A DNA stretch of 64,000 nucleotides from Deltaproteobacteria bacterium (lineage in GTDB: Bacteria; Myxococcota_A; Polyangia; JAAYKL01), in assembly GCA_016936575.1 (NCBI GenBank), contig JAFGXQ010000082.1, forward strand, positions 333-64,332, in the 5' to 3' direction. Position numbers and translations under genes: made by a program. This document shows, piece after piece, positions 8,440-18,588 of the stretch. The notes beneath the pieces were generated by a model. It had not been told where the DNA came from. It worked only from the letters and a program-made list of their open reading frames with translations, and did no database searches. Each line of letters starts with the position of its first letter. Within the stretch, counting starts at the first letter, position 1.

Positions 8440-10812
8440 TTATACGCCACCGTTCACAACGGTGAAGCTGCGTGCGATTTCGTACATACCGATATGGCCG
8501 CTTTCCTCTGCGACCAGAATTGAGCAATCGGGATTCACCTGCAGCAAATCCGGAACCGGCGGATCACCCCCCAAAGAGTGGACGATTTCTCCGCTGTTCG
8601 GATTCAGCACATAAATTGTATCCGCAGGGACAAACAACGCCCCGCCACGAAGGAATACCCCCAAGCCTAGCGGAATATCATCGGAGCATGTGGGGCCGAG
8701 AATGGTTGTCCATGCATCTTCACCGGTACGTGCATTCAAGGCGCGAACGGTACCTCCGGCAAGATTCAGAATAAATTTATCATCAGTCGCGAACAATGAA
8801 CAGGAATCTGCCCAACCATCGCAAGGAATTCGCCACAATAACTTGCCGTCTTTTGCCCGAAACGCGACGAGATCATTTTTCCCCTTAGAAACAACAGGCA
8901 CCAGTACGACACCGTCCGCAGCAATCGGAGCGGTTATCGCTCCTCCACCCAGGGATACATTCCAGTTGCATTCTCCGCTGAATGCGTTGAATCCGTACAG
9001 TCGCCCCTCACTTTTGCCGATACGTCCCCCCGCCTCAAATACCTGATCTTCCCACACCGCCGGCGGCAAGAAGAACCGAATGCGATCGATATACCGCCAA
9101 ACCAGATGACCGTCTTCAATGTCAATTGCTGAAAACTGAGTATCACCCGATGACACATAGAGAAGTCGTCCTTGCTTGCGCAGTGAGAACCGCCCTCCCC
9201 GCATGACGGCGAAGCGCCACTTGATTTCTCCGGTACGCATATCGAGCGCCACCAGATTTTTGTCTTCTTCAGCAACGATAATCGTAGCGGGCAGTGGTCC
9301 GGAATCTTCAACCAGTACAACCGGTGCGCCGCCGGAACGTGGTGCCAGCGTCGTTCGCCATCGCAACACACCGGTACGCGCATCCATCATGTCGACATTT
9401 CCGTTCTGGCACACCCGGACAAATCCATCCCGCCCCGCAGACTGCAAGCGATAATCGCCGCGATCAATTTCTCGGCGCCAAAGAATGGTGCCGCTATCGA
9501 GTTCCACGCCAAGAATAGACCCCCGCGCTGAAATCAAGCCGACTTCACCCACGATTAATGTTCCACCCAAGTCCAGCCCCTCTGCTTCGAGCCGCCATTT
9601 TTCCTTAAAGACAAGTCCGCGTGACTGACCGATACCCACATCGCTGTGGGCGGGCGCATCAAAATGAAGCTGCTGCTTGTAGCGCGCGGTGTTCTCGTTG
9701 ATCAGAGATTCCCGTTGATGCTCTTTGGTCATTGAGGTTAATCGACGAATCTCACGCGAAAAACTTTCGATACGCATATTTTTGCGTTGTTTCGGTGACT
9801 GCCGAATGATGTAGCGACGAATTTCTCTGGCAACACCAAGTACCGCATCAGCGAACTCTAGAGGATCCATTTCATTGAGTACAATAATTGAATCGTCATC
9901 TGCCTGATTGGCCAATGTAACAGTAAGCTTTTCATCGCTTGTCAGTTTCAATCCGATGGAGATGCCTTCGGCGATCAGTCGAACCGACATGGGGCGGCCT
10001 TCTTCCCATGCGCTCATCAGCTTTCGTAACGCAGCCAGGAGTTTTTCCGCCTGTAAAAAAAGAAATCCTTCGCCCATGATTCGGCGCCGTTCGCGTGCAT
10101 GAACCACCAGCTGGCCGCGAAACAGCAAAGCGTTCAGGTCGTTACCGATAGGTCGTCCGGGGGCAAGCAAATCAGTGCTGGTTCCCACGAACTTAAACCC
10201 GAACGAGAATCCGTTTTCAGAACGGGGTTCATGCCAACGGGAGCTCTCTATATGAATGCGTTTTATTCCTGTGGGTTTCGAGGTGGAGCCATCTGCGTTG
10301 GAAATGGTGTCATTCAACCGGCTGCCAACACTCTGCATCCATTGAATCAATGGATTACTGTCAGCGGCGTCATCCAGCTCGCGAACCTGATCCAATAGTC
10401 CATTGGCGGAGTCGAGAATTCCCTTTACAAAGGAAACAAACGGCAGAACGCGATCCTTCACCATCACTTCAGGGAAATGGCCGCCTCTGTAGAAGGTGAG
10501 ATACACCACCTCTCCATTTCGCTGAAACACCAACTCATAAGGAGTTTCGTAAAAACTCACCCGTGCGCTGCTGTCTCCGGTCGTTAATCGTTCCGCTGCA
10601 GACAGCAGATCTCGCATTAAAAAGAAAATTGAATCTTCGCTGGGGTGAGCGAGCAACGGCTTGCCGTCCACAAACATATCCATCACGCCGCGCATCGCGG
10701 CTGGGTCAAATTTTAATACTTTGTTGCTCTCAGAGAATTGCTCGACGGCACCGTCATTCCAACTCTCACGAAACGTGATTTTAAATGTTTGATTCGGACT
10801 CATAAAACTCAC
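8440..10812 (-). CDS. Large protein without signal peptide: unknown ~400-aa N-terminal region plus PQQ-like/BamB-like beta-propeller repeats
   Basis: 790-aa ORF. C-terminal half has repeated G..LWR / G.I.WR blade motifs (GTILWRREI, GVLRWRTT, GEIKWRFA, GHLVWRYI, GKLLWRIP, GEDAWTT). I recognise no motif in the N-terminal half. Confidence 0.7.
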   Translation of the reverse strand: MSFMSPNQTFKITFRESWNDGAVEQFSESNKVLKFDPAAMRGVMDMFVDGKPLLAHPSEDSIFFLMRDLLSAAERLTTGDSSARVSFYETPYELVFQRNGEVVYLTFYRGGHFPEVMVKDRVLPFVSFVKGILDSANGLLDQVRELDDAADSNPLIQWMQSVGSRLNDTISNADGSTSKPTGIKRIHIESSRWHEPRSENGFSFGFKFVGTSTDLLAPGRPIGNDLNALLFRGQLVVHARERRRIMGEGFLFLQAEKLLAALRKLMSAWEEGRPMSVRLIAEGISIGLKLTSDEKLTVTLANQADDDSIIVLNEMDPLEFADAVLGVAREIRRYIIRQSPKQRKNMRIESFSREIRRLTSMTKEHQRESLINENTARYKQQLHFDAPAHSDVGIGQSRGLVFKEKWRLEAEGLDLGGTLIVGEVGLISARGSILGVELDSGTILWRREIDRGDYRLQSAGRDGFVRVCQNGNVDMMDARTGVLRWRTTLAPRSGGAPVVLVEDSGPLPATIIVAEEDKNLVALDMRTGEIKWRFAVMRGGRFSLRKQGRLLYVSSGDTQFSAIDIEDGHLVWRYIDRIRFFLPPAVWEDQVFEAGGRIGKSEGRLYGFNAFSGECNWNVSLGGGAITAPIAADGVVLVPVVSKGKNDLVAFRAKDGKLLWRIPCDGWADSCSLFATDDKFILNLAGGTVRALNARTGEDAWTTILGPTCSDDIPLGLGVFLRGGALFVPADTIYVLNPNSGEIVHSLGGDPPVPDLLQVNPDCSILVAEESGHIGMYEIARSFTVVNGGV

Positions 10813-11028
10813 TATCTGTTACAGTCAACCTTCCTGGCTCCCCAAACCCAGGCGCTTCGTACCATCTGATAATCATTTTACCCTGATTAAAATAGACGAT
10901 GCAATTAAATGGCAAAAATGTATTCATTTATCCTACACGTGGGTTTTTTAGTACAGTTCACTGTCTTATATATGATTGTGATTATCCAAGCCAAAAAAGT
11001 CGCTACTCGATCTCGAGCTTGAATTCAG

Positions 11029-11073
11029 AAAAAAAGGTGGACCGGCTCGGAGAATTTCGTCCGTCAGCCGGCT
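11029..11073 (-). terminator. Intrinsic-terminator-like hairpin with U7 tract
   Basis: Minus-strand RNA reads AGCCGGCU-GA-CGGA-cgaaauuc-UCCG-AGCCGGU-ccacc-UUUUUUU. Outer stem is 6-7 bp and inner stem 4 bp. The U tract is set 5 nt from the stem. Confidence 0.45.
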
Positions 11074-11189
11074 AAAGGAAGGAGTTGGTGAATGTGGAAC
11101 CGCTATCGCAGGCGGGATATCGATAGTCGCCCTCACATTTCGTTTGTTGTTGCGAAGTCCGTACCAACTACTGAACATAGACGCCGGTT
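11029..11189 (-). ncRNA. Candidate ~160-nt small RNA of unknown identity, or a long structured 3' region
   Basis: Sigma70-like TTGAAA-16 nt-TATGTT on the minus strand (11196-11223) is followed ~160 nt later by the hairpin+U7. No RBS-preceded ORF lies between them. The locus sits in a 513-bp gap between trxB and the 790-aa gene. Confidence 0.2.
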
Positions 11190-11325
11190 TGCTTTAACAT
11201 AACGAAATGATACATGATTTCAATATATCAGTGGGGACGCTAGTATTATAAAACAGCGAATCTGAGGTGTGTAAAGACTCAGAATGAAGTCAAAAATGAC
11301 ATTATATGGGGTGGCAAAATGGATG

Positions 11326-12258
11326 TTAATCGTCTTCTTCGAGCAGTCGAGTCGCTTCGATAGCGGCCATGCAGCCCGTTCCAGCCGCGGTAATCGCCTG
11401 TCGAAACACTTCATCCTGAACATCGCCTGCGGCGAATACGCCCTTCACATTTGTGGCGGTACTGTCGGGCCTGGTAATAATATTTCCGGCGGGAGACAAT
11501 TCCAACTGCCCCCCTAAAAAGTCTGTCATCGGTTTATGCCCGATTGCCATAAACACGCCGTCGACTTGCAAATCCTTCGTGGAATCATCGCGAATATCTT
11601 TTACCCGCAATCCGGTAACACCGGCATCGTCTCCGAGAATTTCGTCAACCACAGAAAACCAAACCGGCTCGACCTTCTTGTTCGCCAGCAGGCGATCTGC
11701 CATGATTTTTGATGCGCGCAGCTCATCGCGCCGATGTATCAAATACACTTTGGTGGCATGGTTGGTGAGGTAAATCGCTTCCTCGCAGGCGGTATCTCCC
11801 CCCCCCACAACGGCAACCACCTTTTCTCTGTAAAAGCATCCGTCACAGGTTGCGCACGCAGACACCCCGCGGCCCATAAACTTTTGTTCCGAATCAATTC
11901 CCAGCCATTTGGCTTTGGCGCCCGTGGCAACAATCAATGTTTTTGCAATCACTTCGCCGGAACTGGTTTTGATTCTGAACGGACGTTGCGACAAATCCAC
12001 GCTCTCCACCGCATCGGTCATGAAATCAGCTCCGACGCGCACGGCCTGTCCCCGCATCTGATTCATCAATTCCGGACCGGTAATGGCGTTTTCAAAGCCG
12101 GGAAAATTTTCGATTTCAGTGGTGGTCATCAACTGCCCGCCCGGCTCCCAGCCTTCAATCAGCAATGGTTTGGCAGCTGCACGTGCGGCATAAATCGCAG
12201 CCGTGTATCCGGCGGGGCCTCCGCCGATGATTACAACGTTTCTTACTTCTTCAGACAT
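11326..12258 (-). CDS. trxB: Thioredoxin-disulfide reductase
   Basis: VVIIGGGPAGYTAA FAD motif and redox-active CATCDG. Start moved to Met20 (ATG at 12258). Confidence 0.9.
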   Translation of the reverse strand: MSEEVRNVVIIGGGPAGYTAAIYAARAAAKPLLIEGWEPGGQLMTTTEIENFPGFENAITGPELMNQMRGQAVRVGADFMTDAVESVDLSQRPFRIKTSSGEVIAKTLIVATGAKAKWLGIDSEQKFMGRGVSACATCDGCFYREKVVAVVGGGDTACEEAIYLTNHATKVYLIHRRDELRASKIMADRLLANKKVEPVWFSVVDEILGDDAGVTGLRVKDIRDDSTKDLQVDGVFMAIGHKPMTDFLGGQLELSPAGNIITRPDSTATNVKGVFAAGDVQDEVFRQAITAAGTGCMAAIEATRLLEEDD

Positions 12259-12439
12259 AAATAACTCCCGGATTTGAATTGAATTTAGGCATGAAGCCAT
12301 AATTTTATGGCCCAATTGTAGTCACTCTTCGATAGTTTTCAATGGGGATGCCTGAAAAATTACAAATCGAGACATTCCGACGGCAATACACAGTTTCCGG
12401 TATAGCAGGTTCCCTCTTCGGTAACCTCCGGAACCGCCT

Positions 12440-13213
12440 TTACTCCAGTAGCTTTTCATTCAACTGGCTGATTCTTTTAGCCATATTTTTTAGCAATGTG
12501 GTGGCAAACTGGCTGTTGGTATCAATTAAATGATGAAAAATATGAGGTTCCAAAATTCGTACAAAGCAATTCTGCGTTGCGATTACCGTGGCATTTCGTG
12601 CATTGTGCGTGAGAAATCCGAGTTCGCCGAATAACTCACTGTTCCCGATCGTTCCCACAAGTTTGTCACCGATATAGACATTTGCTTTGCCGGTAATCAT
12701 TTCGTAGACTGCGGTCGCCTCTTCTCCTTCGGTCAAAATGGTTTCTCCGCTGGAAAAATTTTTCACGACCATTTCGAAATCAATAATCTCCGGCGCAAAT
12801 TCGCCGCACAGATACAGCAGCAGTCGTCGCTCCATGTCGCACATCTGTGTCCACCGGGGCATCATCTCCGGATCACCAGAAATCACTGTCCACAAAGTGT
12901 TTGATGAAAATTGAATCAAATCAGATTTGAAATCGCTGACAATTCGATATTTCCGGGACCATTCTCCGTTCGTTGGAATAAAATCCCCGCTTGAATACAT
13001 TCGAATTTCGCGATTTTCCTTGAGCAGTTTCAGATACCCTTCCTTCACATAGCAGATCATATCTGAACCACATTCGTCGAACAGATTCTTTTCCCGCAGC
13101 AGAACAAAAGGCTTTCCCTGCGAAGCCACTACCGTGTACAGCTCTACAGCCAGTTCTTTATACTGCTGGTATAAGATTTCGAGTTCCTCTGATACGCCGC
13201 GACTGTTTAACAT
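12440..13213 (-). CDS. Cyclic-nucleotide-binding-domain protein (C-terminal domain canonical, N-terminal half degenerate cNMP-like)
   Basis: 257-aa ORF. The FGELGFL...RNATVIA motif is typical of CAP-family cNMP pockets. Confidence 0.7.
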   Translation of the reverse strand: MLNSRGVSEELEILYQQYKELAVELYTVVASQGKPFVLLREKNLFDECGSDMICYVKEGYLKLLKENREIRMYSSGDFIPTNGEWSRKYRIVSDFKSDLIQFSSNTLWTVISGDPEMMPRWTQMCDMERRLLLYLCGEFAPEIIDFEMVVKNFSSGETILTEGEEATAVYEMITGKANVYIGDKLVGTIGNSELFGELGFLTHNARNATVIATQNCFVRILEPHIFHHLIDTNSQFATTLLKNMAKRISQLNEKLLE

Positions 13214-13348
13214 ATTTCTCTGTTCAATTCATTTTGCCCGCTTTTGTTATCTCTAATATCGACACGTTCCCAAAAAATATTAGGGTTTCGGCGTTTTCGG
13301 GAAAGAATGGTGCTTGTATGTACAGTGTTTCCTTGGCATATTGCCCCC

Positions 13349-14257
13349 ATGGAGAACAACAAATCAACAGTGACCACATTAACTCATATATCTGACTTCC
13401 ACTTACCCATTGAAGGACGAGTCCCGCGGCACAAACTATTTTCAAAGCGAATACTTGGCTACGCCAATCTACGGTTCAACCGGGGAAAGACACATATGAA
13501 GCAACCGTTTATAGCGTTGTTGGAGCATCTGTTCAACCAACATGCCGATATGTGCGTGGCGACTGGCGACTTCGTTAACCTGGCGCTGTCATCTGAATTC
13601 GCACATCTGGCTTCGATTTTCGAACAGACCGGGTTCACCGACAAAAACCTATTCTGTATTCCCGGTAATCACGACCGGTACACGCCGGGCGCTCAGTTGC
13701 GAAAAGATTTCGAAACGCATTTTCACCAATGGCTTCCGTTCGACAACGCACAGCAGGCGTATCCAACGTTCAAAATTGTGGGATCCGTCGCACTAATCGG
13801 CGTCAATACAGCCACATGGCGCGGACCCGTTCGGGCGGCCGGGCGCATTGACAAATCGCAGCGCCAACGCATTGAGCAGCGATTGAATACCCTGCCCTCC
13901 GGTTTGACGCCGGTAATTGCCATGCATCATCCACCATTTGCTGCTGCCGGACACATGCTGAAGCAATATCTGGACGGACTGCAGCACTTCGAACCGTTGG
14001 TGGCGATGCTACAGGGACGAAACGCGGTTGTTATTCACGGGCACATTCATGTGCTGAGTGACAGAACGTATGGTGATGTACGCATTATCGGTGTGCCGTC
14101 GGCGTCCAATGACACCGGCACCGATCGTCGTCAACTGGGCTACAATACCTTGAAATTCGACGCAGAAGGATTAAAGGAAGCAGCATGTACACAATTCTGG
14201 CCGGCCACAAACACTTTTCGCACATTTCAATTGAATGAAACGCGGGCCGACCTATAA
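13349..14257 (+). CDS. Calcineurin-like metallophosphoesterase, CpdA-like (class III cyclic-nucleotide phosphodiesterase motif set)
   Basis: Motifs HISDFH, GDFVN, GNHDRY, MHHPP and HGHIH occur in the canonical order. Start moved to ATG at 13349. Confidence 0.75.
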   Translation: MENNKSTVTTLTHISDFHLPIEGRVPRHKLFSKRILGYANLRFNRGKTHMKQPFIALLEHLFNQHADMCVATGDFVNLALSSEFAHLASIFEQTGFTDKNLFCIPGNHDRYTPGAQLRKDFETHFHQWLPFDNAQQAYPTFKIVGSVALIGVNTATWRGPVRAAGRIDKSQRQRIEQRLNTLPSGLTPVIAMHHPPFAAAGHMLKQYLDGLQHFEPLVAMLQGRNAVVIHGHIHVLSDRTYGDVRIIGVPSASNDTGTDRRQLGYNTLKFDAEGLKEAACTQFWPATNTFRTFQLNETRADL

Positions 14258-14327
14258 TCGCATTTTTTTGCGCGACTGAACTGTACGACATCAATCGCGC
14301 AATACTGATTGGTAAAGGAAGACTATT

Positions 14328-16154
14328 ATGAAACACCCCTTGCGAAGTCATACTTCCACACAAGGAAAAAGAATGGCCGGCGCGCGCAGTTTGTGGCGAC
14401 GAAACGGAATGACCGAAGAACAAATCGGAAAACCGATTATCGCCATCGCCAATTCTTTTACCCAATATGTTCCCGGACACGGTCACCTGCATCAAATCGG
14501 CCAGGAAGTGAAGAAGAAAATCGAAGCACTCGGCTGCTTTGCCGCCGAATTCAACACCATGGCCATCTGCGACGGAATTGCCATGGGACATGATGGTATG
14601 CTGTATTCGCTGCCGTCGCGCGAAATCATCGCAGACACGGTCGAATACATGTGCAACGCCCATCGGGTGGATGCCATGGTGTGTATTCCCAACTGCGACA
14701 AAATTACTCCCGGCATGCTGATGGCGACCATGCGCCTTAACATTCCGACCGTTTTCGTATCCGGCGGGCCCATGGAAGCGGGCGTGATTGAAGGAAAAAA
14801 ATACGATTTAATTGATGCGATTGTAAAAGCGGCAGATGCGAAAACCGATGACAAGCTGCTCGACAAAATTGAGCGAAACGCCTGCCCCACCTGCGGTTCC
14901 TGTTCCGGTATGTTTACCGCCAATTCTATGAACTGCCTCACGGAGGCGCTAGGCATGGGGTTCCCGGGTAATGGTTCGATTGTGGCAACTCATAAAAAGC
15001 GATTGGAGCTGTTCGACCGTGCCGCGAAAACCATCGTTGAAATGACAAAACGGTATTACGAAGACGGCGACGACTCTGTTCTCCCCCGCAATATTGCGAC
15101 CAAAGCGGCGTTCAATAATTCGATGACTCTTGATGTGGCAATGGGCGGCTCCACCAATACCGTACTGCACATCCTGGCGGTGGCCCGTGAAGCCGAAGTT
15201 GATTTCACCATGAAGGACATCGACGCGATTTCGCGTAAAACACCCAATCTCAGCAAGGTCGCACCCAGCTCGCACTATCATATGGAAGACGTGAACCGTG
15301 CAGGCGGCATCATGGGAATACTGGGAGAACTGGACCGTCTCGGATTACTCGACACCACGGTGAACCGCATCGATAAGAAACTGAGCGAAGTGTTGGACGA
15401 ATACGACATCATGCGTGACACTGTTACAGATGACGCCGTTGAACTTTACAGCGCCGCGCCCGGAGGCGTTCACAACAGCGTAATGGGTTCTCAGAACGCG
15501 AAATTTAAAGAACTTGATAAAGACCGAGTGTCGGGGTGCATTCGCAGCGGAGAAAACGCATACAGTCAGGACGGCGGACTGGCGGTGCTGTACGGTAACA
15601 TCGCACAAGACGGTTGCATTGTGAAAACCGCCGGCGTCGACTCCTCGATACTGCAATTTGAAGGGCCGGCCAAAGTGTTCAACTCGCAGGACGACGCGTG
15701 CGAAGGGATTCTGGATGAGACAGTACAACCGGGAGATGTGGTTGTTATCAAGTATGAAGGCCCCAAAGGCGGCCCCGGTATGCAGGAGATGCTGTATCCC
15801 ACTTCTTATATCAAATCAAAAGGCATCGACAAAGAATGTGCGCTGATCACCGACGGCCGGTTCTCGGGCGGCACTGCAGGGCTCTCCATCGGTCACGTTT
15901 CTCCTGAAGCGGCGTCCGGCGGGTTGATTGCCCTGGTTCAGACAGATGACAAAATCAGAATCGATATTCCGGCGCGCACCATCAATGTGCTGGTGAGCAA
16001 GGAAGAACTGGCTGAACGAAAAGCTGCGGAAGAAGCCAAGGGCGAAGCGGCGTACCAGCCCGGCCCCAGAGAACGAGTGGTTTCCAGAGCGCTGCAGGCC
16101 TATGCCCACTTCGCTGCCTCCGCCGACAAAGGCGCAGTGAAGATAGTGGACTAG
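14328..16154 (+). CDS. ilvD: Dihydroxy-acid dehydratase
   Basis: 608-aa ORF with [20 protein letters not shown] and full-length IlvD-like sequence. Confidence 0.95.
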   Translation: MKHPLRSHTSTQGKRMAGARSLWRRNGMTEEQIGKPIIAIANSFTQYVPGHGHLHQIGQEVKKKIEALGCFAAEFNTMAICDGIAMGHDGMLYSLPSREIIADTVEYMCNAHRVDAMVCIPNCDKITPGMLMATMRLNIPTVFVSGGPMEAGVIEGKKYDLIDAIVKAADAKTDDKLLDKIERNACPTCGSCSGMFTANSMNCLTEALGMGFPGNGSIVATHKKRLELFDRAAKTIVEMTKRYYEDGDDSVLPRNIATKAAFNNSMTLDVAMGGSTNTVLHILAVAREAEVDFTMKDIDAISRKTPNLSKVAPSSHYHMEDVNRAGGIMGILGELDRLGLLDTTVNRIDKKLSEVLDEYDIMRDTVTDDAVELYSAAPGGVHNSVMGSQNAKFKELDKDRVSGCIRSGENAYSQDGGLAVLYGNIAQDGCIVKTAGVDSSILQFEGPAKVFNSQDDACEGILDETVQPGDVVVIKYEGPKGGPGMQEMLYPTSYIKSKGIDKECALITDGRFSGGTAGLSIGHVSPEAASGGLIALVQTDDKIRIDIPARTINVLVSKEELAERKAAEEAKGEAAYQPGPRERVVSRALQAYAHFAASADKGAVKIVD

Positions 16155-16196
16155 CGCACCTGCAATACCTAAAAGCGTAACCGAATATTTCGTTGA

Positions 16197-17768
16197 TTAG
16201 AGACCATACTCATACACCACATCTTCATTCAAATTGATGAATTGTACGTGCACGTCGTCAGGAGAAACGTTCACCAATGCCCAACCGGGCTCGGCGATAT
16301 AGTTTTGGTAGCCGGTGGTGGTTTCAGTGAAAAGCCACGGTGCGCCCGCGCTACCCGGAGACGAATAATGAATGCCGTCGACAACCATATCGGTGAACAC
16401 ATGATCGTGTCCGTAAAACAAAATTTGAACGTCATGATCAATCATCAGCTGGTGAATAACCGCCTGTTCCCCCACGTACGCAGCCTGCCCTCCCCCTCTT
16501 CCATAAATGGAGTTTTCTTCGGTAGCGGCGGCGCCACCCACCGTATGATGAATAAAAACAAATCGCCATTTTGCGCTTGCATCGGACAGGGTTTGTTCCA
16601 ACCAATTTAATTGTGATTGTCCAAGAGTCCAATCGTCGGCACTCCCCTCTGAAAACGTACTGAGCAGGTGCTCGGTCATCGTATAGCTTTGAACATTCAA
16701 AACAATGAACATCGCATCTCCCCAGTTGAATGCGTAGTAGTCCTGAAAATCGCTGCCGTTATATCCCACCGTTTGCGCGTTCGGGTTAGGCATATACACC
16801 AGTCGTGCGTCTCTGGAACGCAGAATTTCTTCGTCGGTAAAACAACCGCTCTCGCCGTCCCAGTTGCCGATTGTCGAGAAATGAAACATCGTTGCAGGCA
16901 TGGTTTCCAGCAAATTGCGATATGACAAATACGCCTGTTTGGTCAGCAAACTGCTGGGGGACGGCACATTGAAACCATACTGATGAAAATCAAGTACATC
17001 ACCGAGATGTATGGTGAAACGCGGACCATAAACCGAAATTTGAGATGCCACTTCCCGACACCATTCCGGTACGCCCTGATTGCTGTATGACATATCGCTG
17101 CCGATGTGCGTATCGGAAAGCATGGCAAAACTGAAGGAACGCCCAGGAGGTTCTATCGTCGTCAGCGTTCCTTCTGATAGCAATTGAAACGCATCATCGA
17201 AAGTTGTACGGCGATACAACAGCCGGTACTGATACGCAGATGCTGGAGATAAATCGGTTGCCTGAAAAATTGCGGTATCGAGCATTCCGATGCCATCTGT
17301 GTAAAAAGGATTCATCGGAGGATTCCAATTCGTATCGCCTTCGGTTTTCACTTGTAAGCGCAATTTTTTCGGATCACCGTTTTCAAGTACTGCGTTCAGA
17401 CTGAATCCGGTCGGCGTGGGAGAGAACAACAGTGGTGCGCACCGCAATGTCGCAACTGGTACCGTATCTGTATCAATGAAAACAAAACCTTCGGAATCGG
17501 TTTCGGTATCTGTTTCGGTTTCGGTATCTGGAGCAATGCTGGAATCTGATTCAACAATAGCAGCGTCGTCCGCACTGTCACGCACTGCAAGATTGTCTGA
17601 TTCCGAATCTGCAAACACAACGTCATCTGTTTGGGACAAATCATCCGACGTGCCGGAATCGAATTCAGATTCTTCCAGTTTCGGCCCGCATGCCGAAAGC
17701 AACCAAATCATACTGATGCCCACACTCACAGTGTGGATTGACCTGGATACTGTCATGACTCGGCTCAT
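16197..17768 (-). CDS. Secreted lipoprotein metallophosphoesterase (purple-acid-phosphatase-like) with acidic N-terminal linker
   Basis: Lipobox LLSACG. Acidic low-complexity region at aa ~31-93 (..DTETETDTETDSEG). Motifs GDVLDFH, GNWD, HHTVGG and GHDHVF. Confidence 0.8.
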   Translation of the reverse strand: MSRVMTVSRSIHTVSVGISMIWLLSACGPKLEESEFDSGTSDDLSQTDDVVFADSESDNLAVRDSADDAAIVESDSSIAPDTETETDTETDSEGFVFIDTDTVPVATLRCAPLLFSPTPTGFSLNAVLENGDPKKLRLQVKTEGDTNWNPPMNPFYTDGIGMLDTAIFQATDLSPASAYQYRLLYRRTTFDDAFQLLSEGTLTTIEPPGRSFSFAMLSDTHIGSDMSYSNQGVPEWCREVASQISVYGPRFTIHLGDVLDFHQYGFNVPSPSSLLTKQAYLSYRNLLETMPATMFHFSTIGNWDGESGCFTDEEILRSRDARLVYMPNPNAQTVGYNGSDFQDYYAFNWGDAMFIVLNVQSYTMTEHLLSTFSEGSADDWTLGQSQLNWLEQTLSDASAKWRFVFIHHTVGGAAATEENSIYGRGGGQAAYVGEQAVIHQLMIDHDVQILFYGHDHVFTDMVVDGIHYSSPGSAGAPWLFTETTTGYQNYIAEPGWALVNVSPDDVHVQFINLNEDVVYEYGL

Positions 17769-17880
17769 TCAATATGCGTTTCTGTTTTTCATCTGTTTTC
17801 AAGTGAGCATGGAAAGACTTTCACGAGACGAGCAGAACCATATTCGATTGCAGCGAGGATGCGTTGGTGTGGTAAGGGCA

Positions 17881-18135
17881 CTACTCCTCTTCGTCTTCAA
17901 TCCATTCGGTGTTTTTAGTGGACTCGCCCTCCCCTACCACGTTTTCAATCATCGATTCCGTTCGTTTCTTTGCGACAATATCACCAATTCGCTTAATGGC
18001 GAATATCGCTACAAACGCGCCGGCGGCGATGATCACCACCCATTTCCAGATTTCCAGTTCAAACCCCACGTTGGTGGGAGACGGTTTCACATTTTGTTGT
18101 GCGAGCAACATTGACGCAAGATTAATGATATTCAC
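17881..18135 (-). CDS. Small single-pass membrane protein with acidic C-terminus
   Basis: 84 aa. GTG start 6 nt after AAGGAG. One TM helix (IWKWVVIIAAGAFVAIFAI). Confidence 0.5.
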   Translation of the reverse strand: MNIINLASMLLAQQNVKPSPTNVGFELEIWKWVVIIAAGAFVAIFAIKRIGDIVAKKRTESMIENVVGEGESTKNTEWIEDEEE

Positions 18136-18321
18136 GTTTCACTCCTTGTTCGCAGCCTATTGATACCACCTATACAACCATTCGCCCCCTGGAGGCAAGC
18201 ATTCGCGCAAAAAGCGATGGGTTGTAGCGGCGTATGTACTTGACCCGGTCCGTTGTTTAAAGTAGACAGTATCCATTGAAAATTGTTTCAATTTTATGTC
18301 GAAACTAAAAAGGAGTACGAC

Positions 18322-18525
18322 ATGGCGAAAGCAAAAGCAAAAACCAAAAAAGCAAAAGCTGAATACACAATCATTCAAAAACGTTCCGGCCGATTCGCGG
18401 TTAAAGGAAAAGACGGAAAATTCATTAACGGCGAAGCCAAAGTTGAAATTCTGTTGAAAGAAAAGAAAATCAAATTGGCGGCTCCCAAGAAAAAAGAAAA
18501 AGCCGCCGAAGAAGCCGCCGAATAA
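18322..18525 (+). CDS. Small lysine-rich basic protein (histone-H1-like composition)
   Basis: 67 aa starting MAKAKAKTKKAKA. AAGGAG RBS upstream of ATG 18322. Confidence 0.6.
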   Translation: MAKAKAKTKKAKAEYTIIQKRSGRFAVKGKDGKFINGEAKVEILLKEKKIKLAAPKKKEKAAEEAAE

Positions 18526-18588
18526 CCCCACGCCTCCGCTCATTCAAATTTATACCTGAAACGATTTTGAGTACATTTTCTGTTTTGG

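Noticed and set aside
11040-11140. Plus-strand string GTCAGCCGGCTAAAGGAAGGAG, reminiscent of the SRP (4.5S) RNA domain IV motif GGUCCGGAAGGAAGCAGCC
   Set aside because: I could not build the GNRA tetraloop, the symmetric-loop register or the flanking helix. The same bases form a terminator-like hairpin on the minus strand.
10966-11178. 70-aa minus-strand ORF in the trxB downstream gap
   Set aside because: It has no RBS, reads through the hairpin+U7 element, and has a low-complexity composition.
17416-18114. 232-aa plus-strand ORF rich in Ser/Val. A similar ORF lies at 19259-19606.
   Set aside because: Both are reverse-complement readings of the Asp-Ser/Thr linker repeats of the two phosphatase genes.
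18157-18543. 128-aa minus-strand Gly/Phe-rich ORF
   Set aside because: It is antisense to the Lys-rich small gene, which has a strong RBS. The composition is the complement artefact of AAA/GAA-rich coding sequence.
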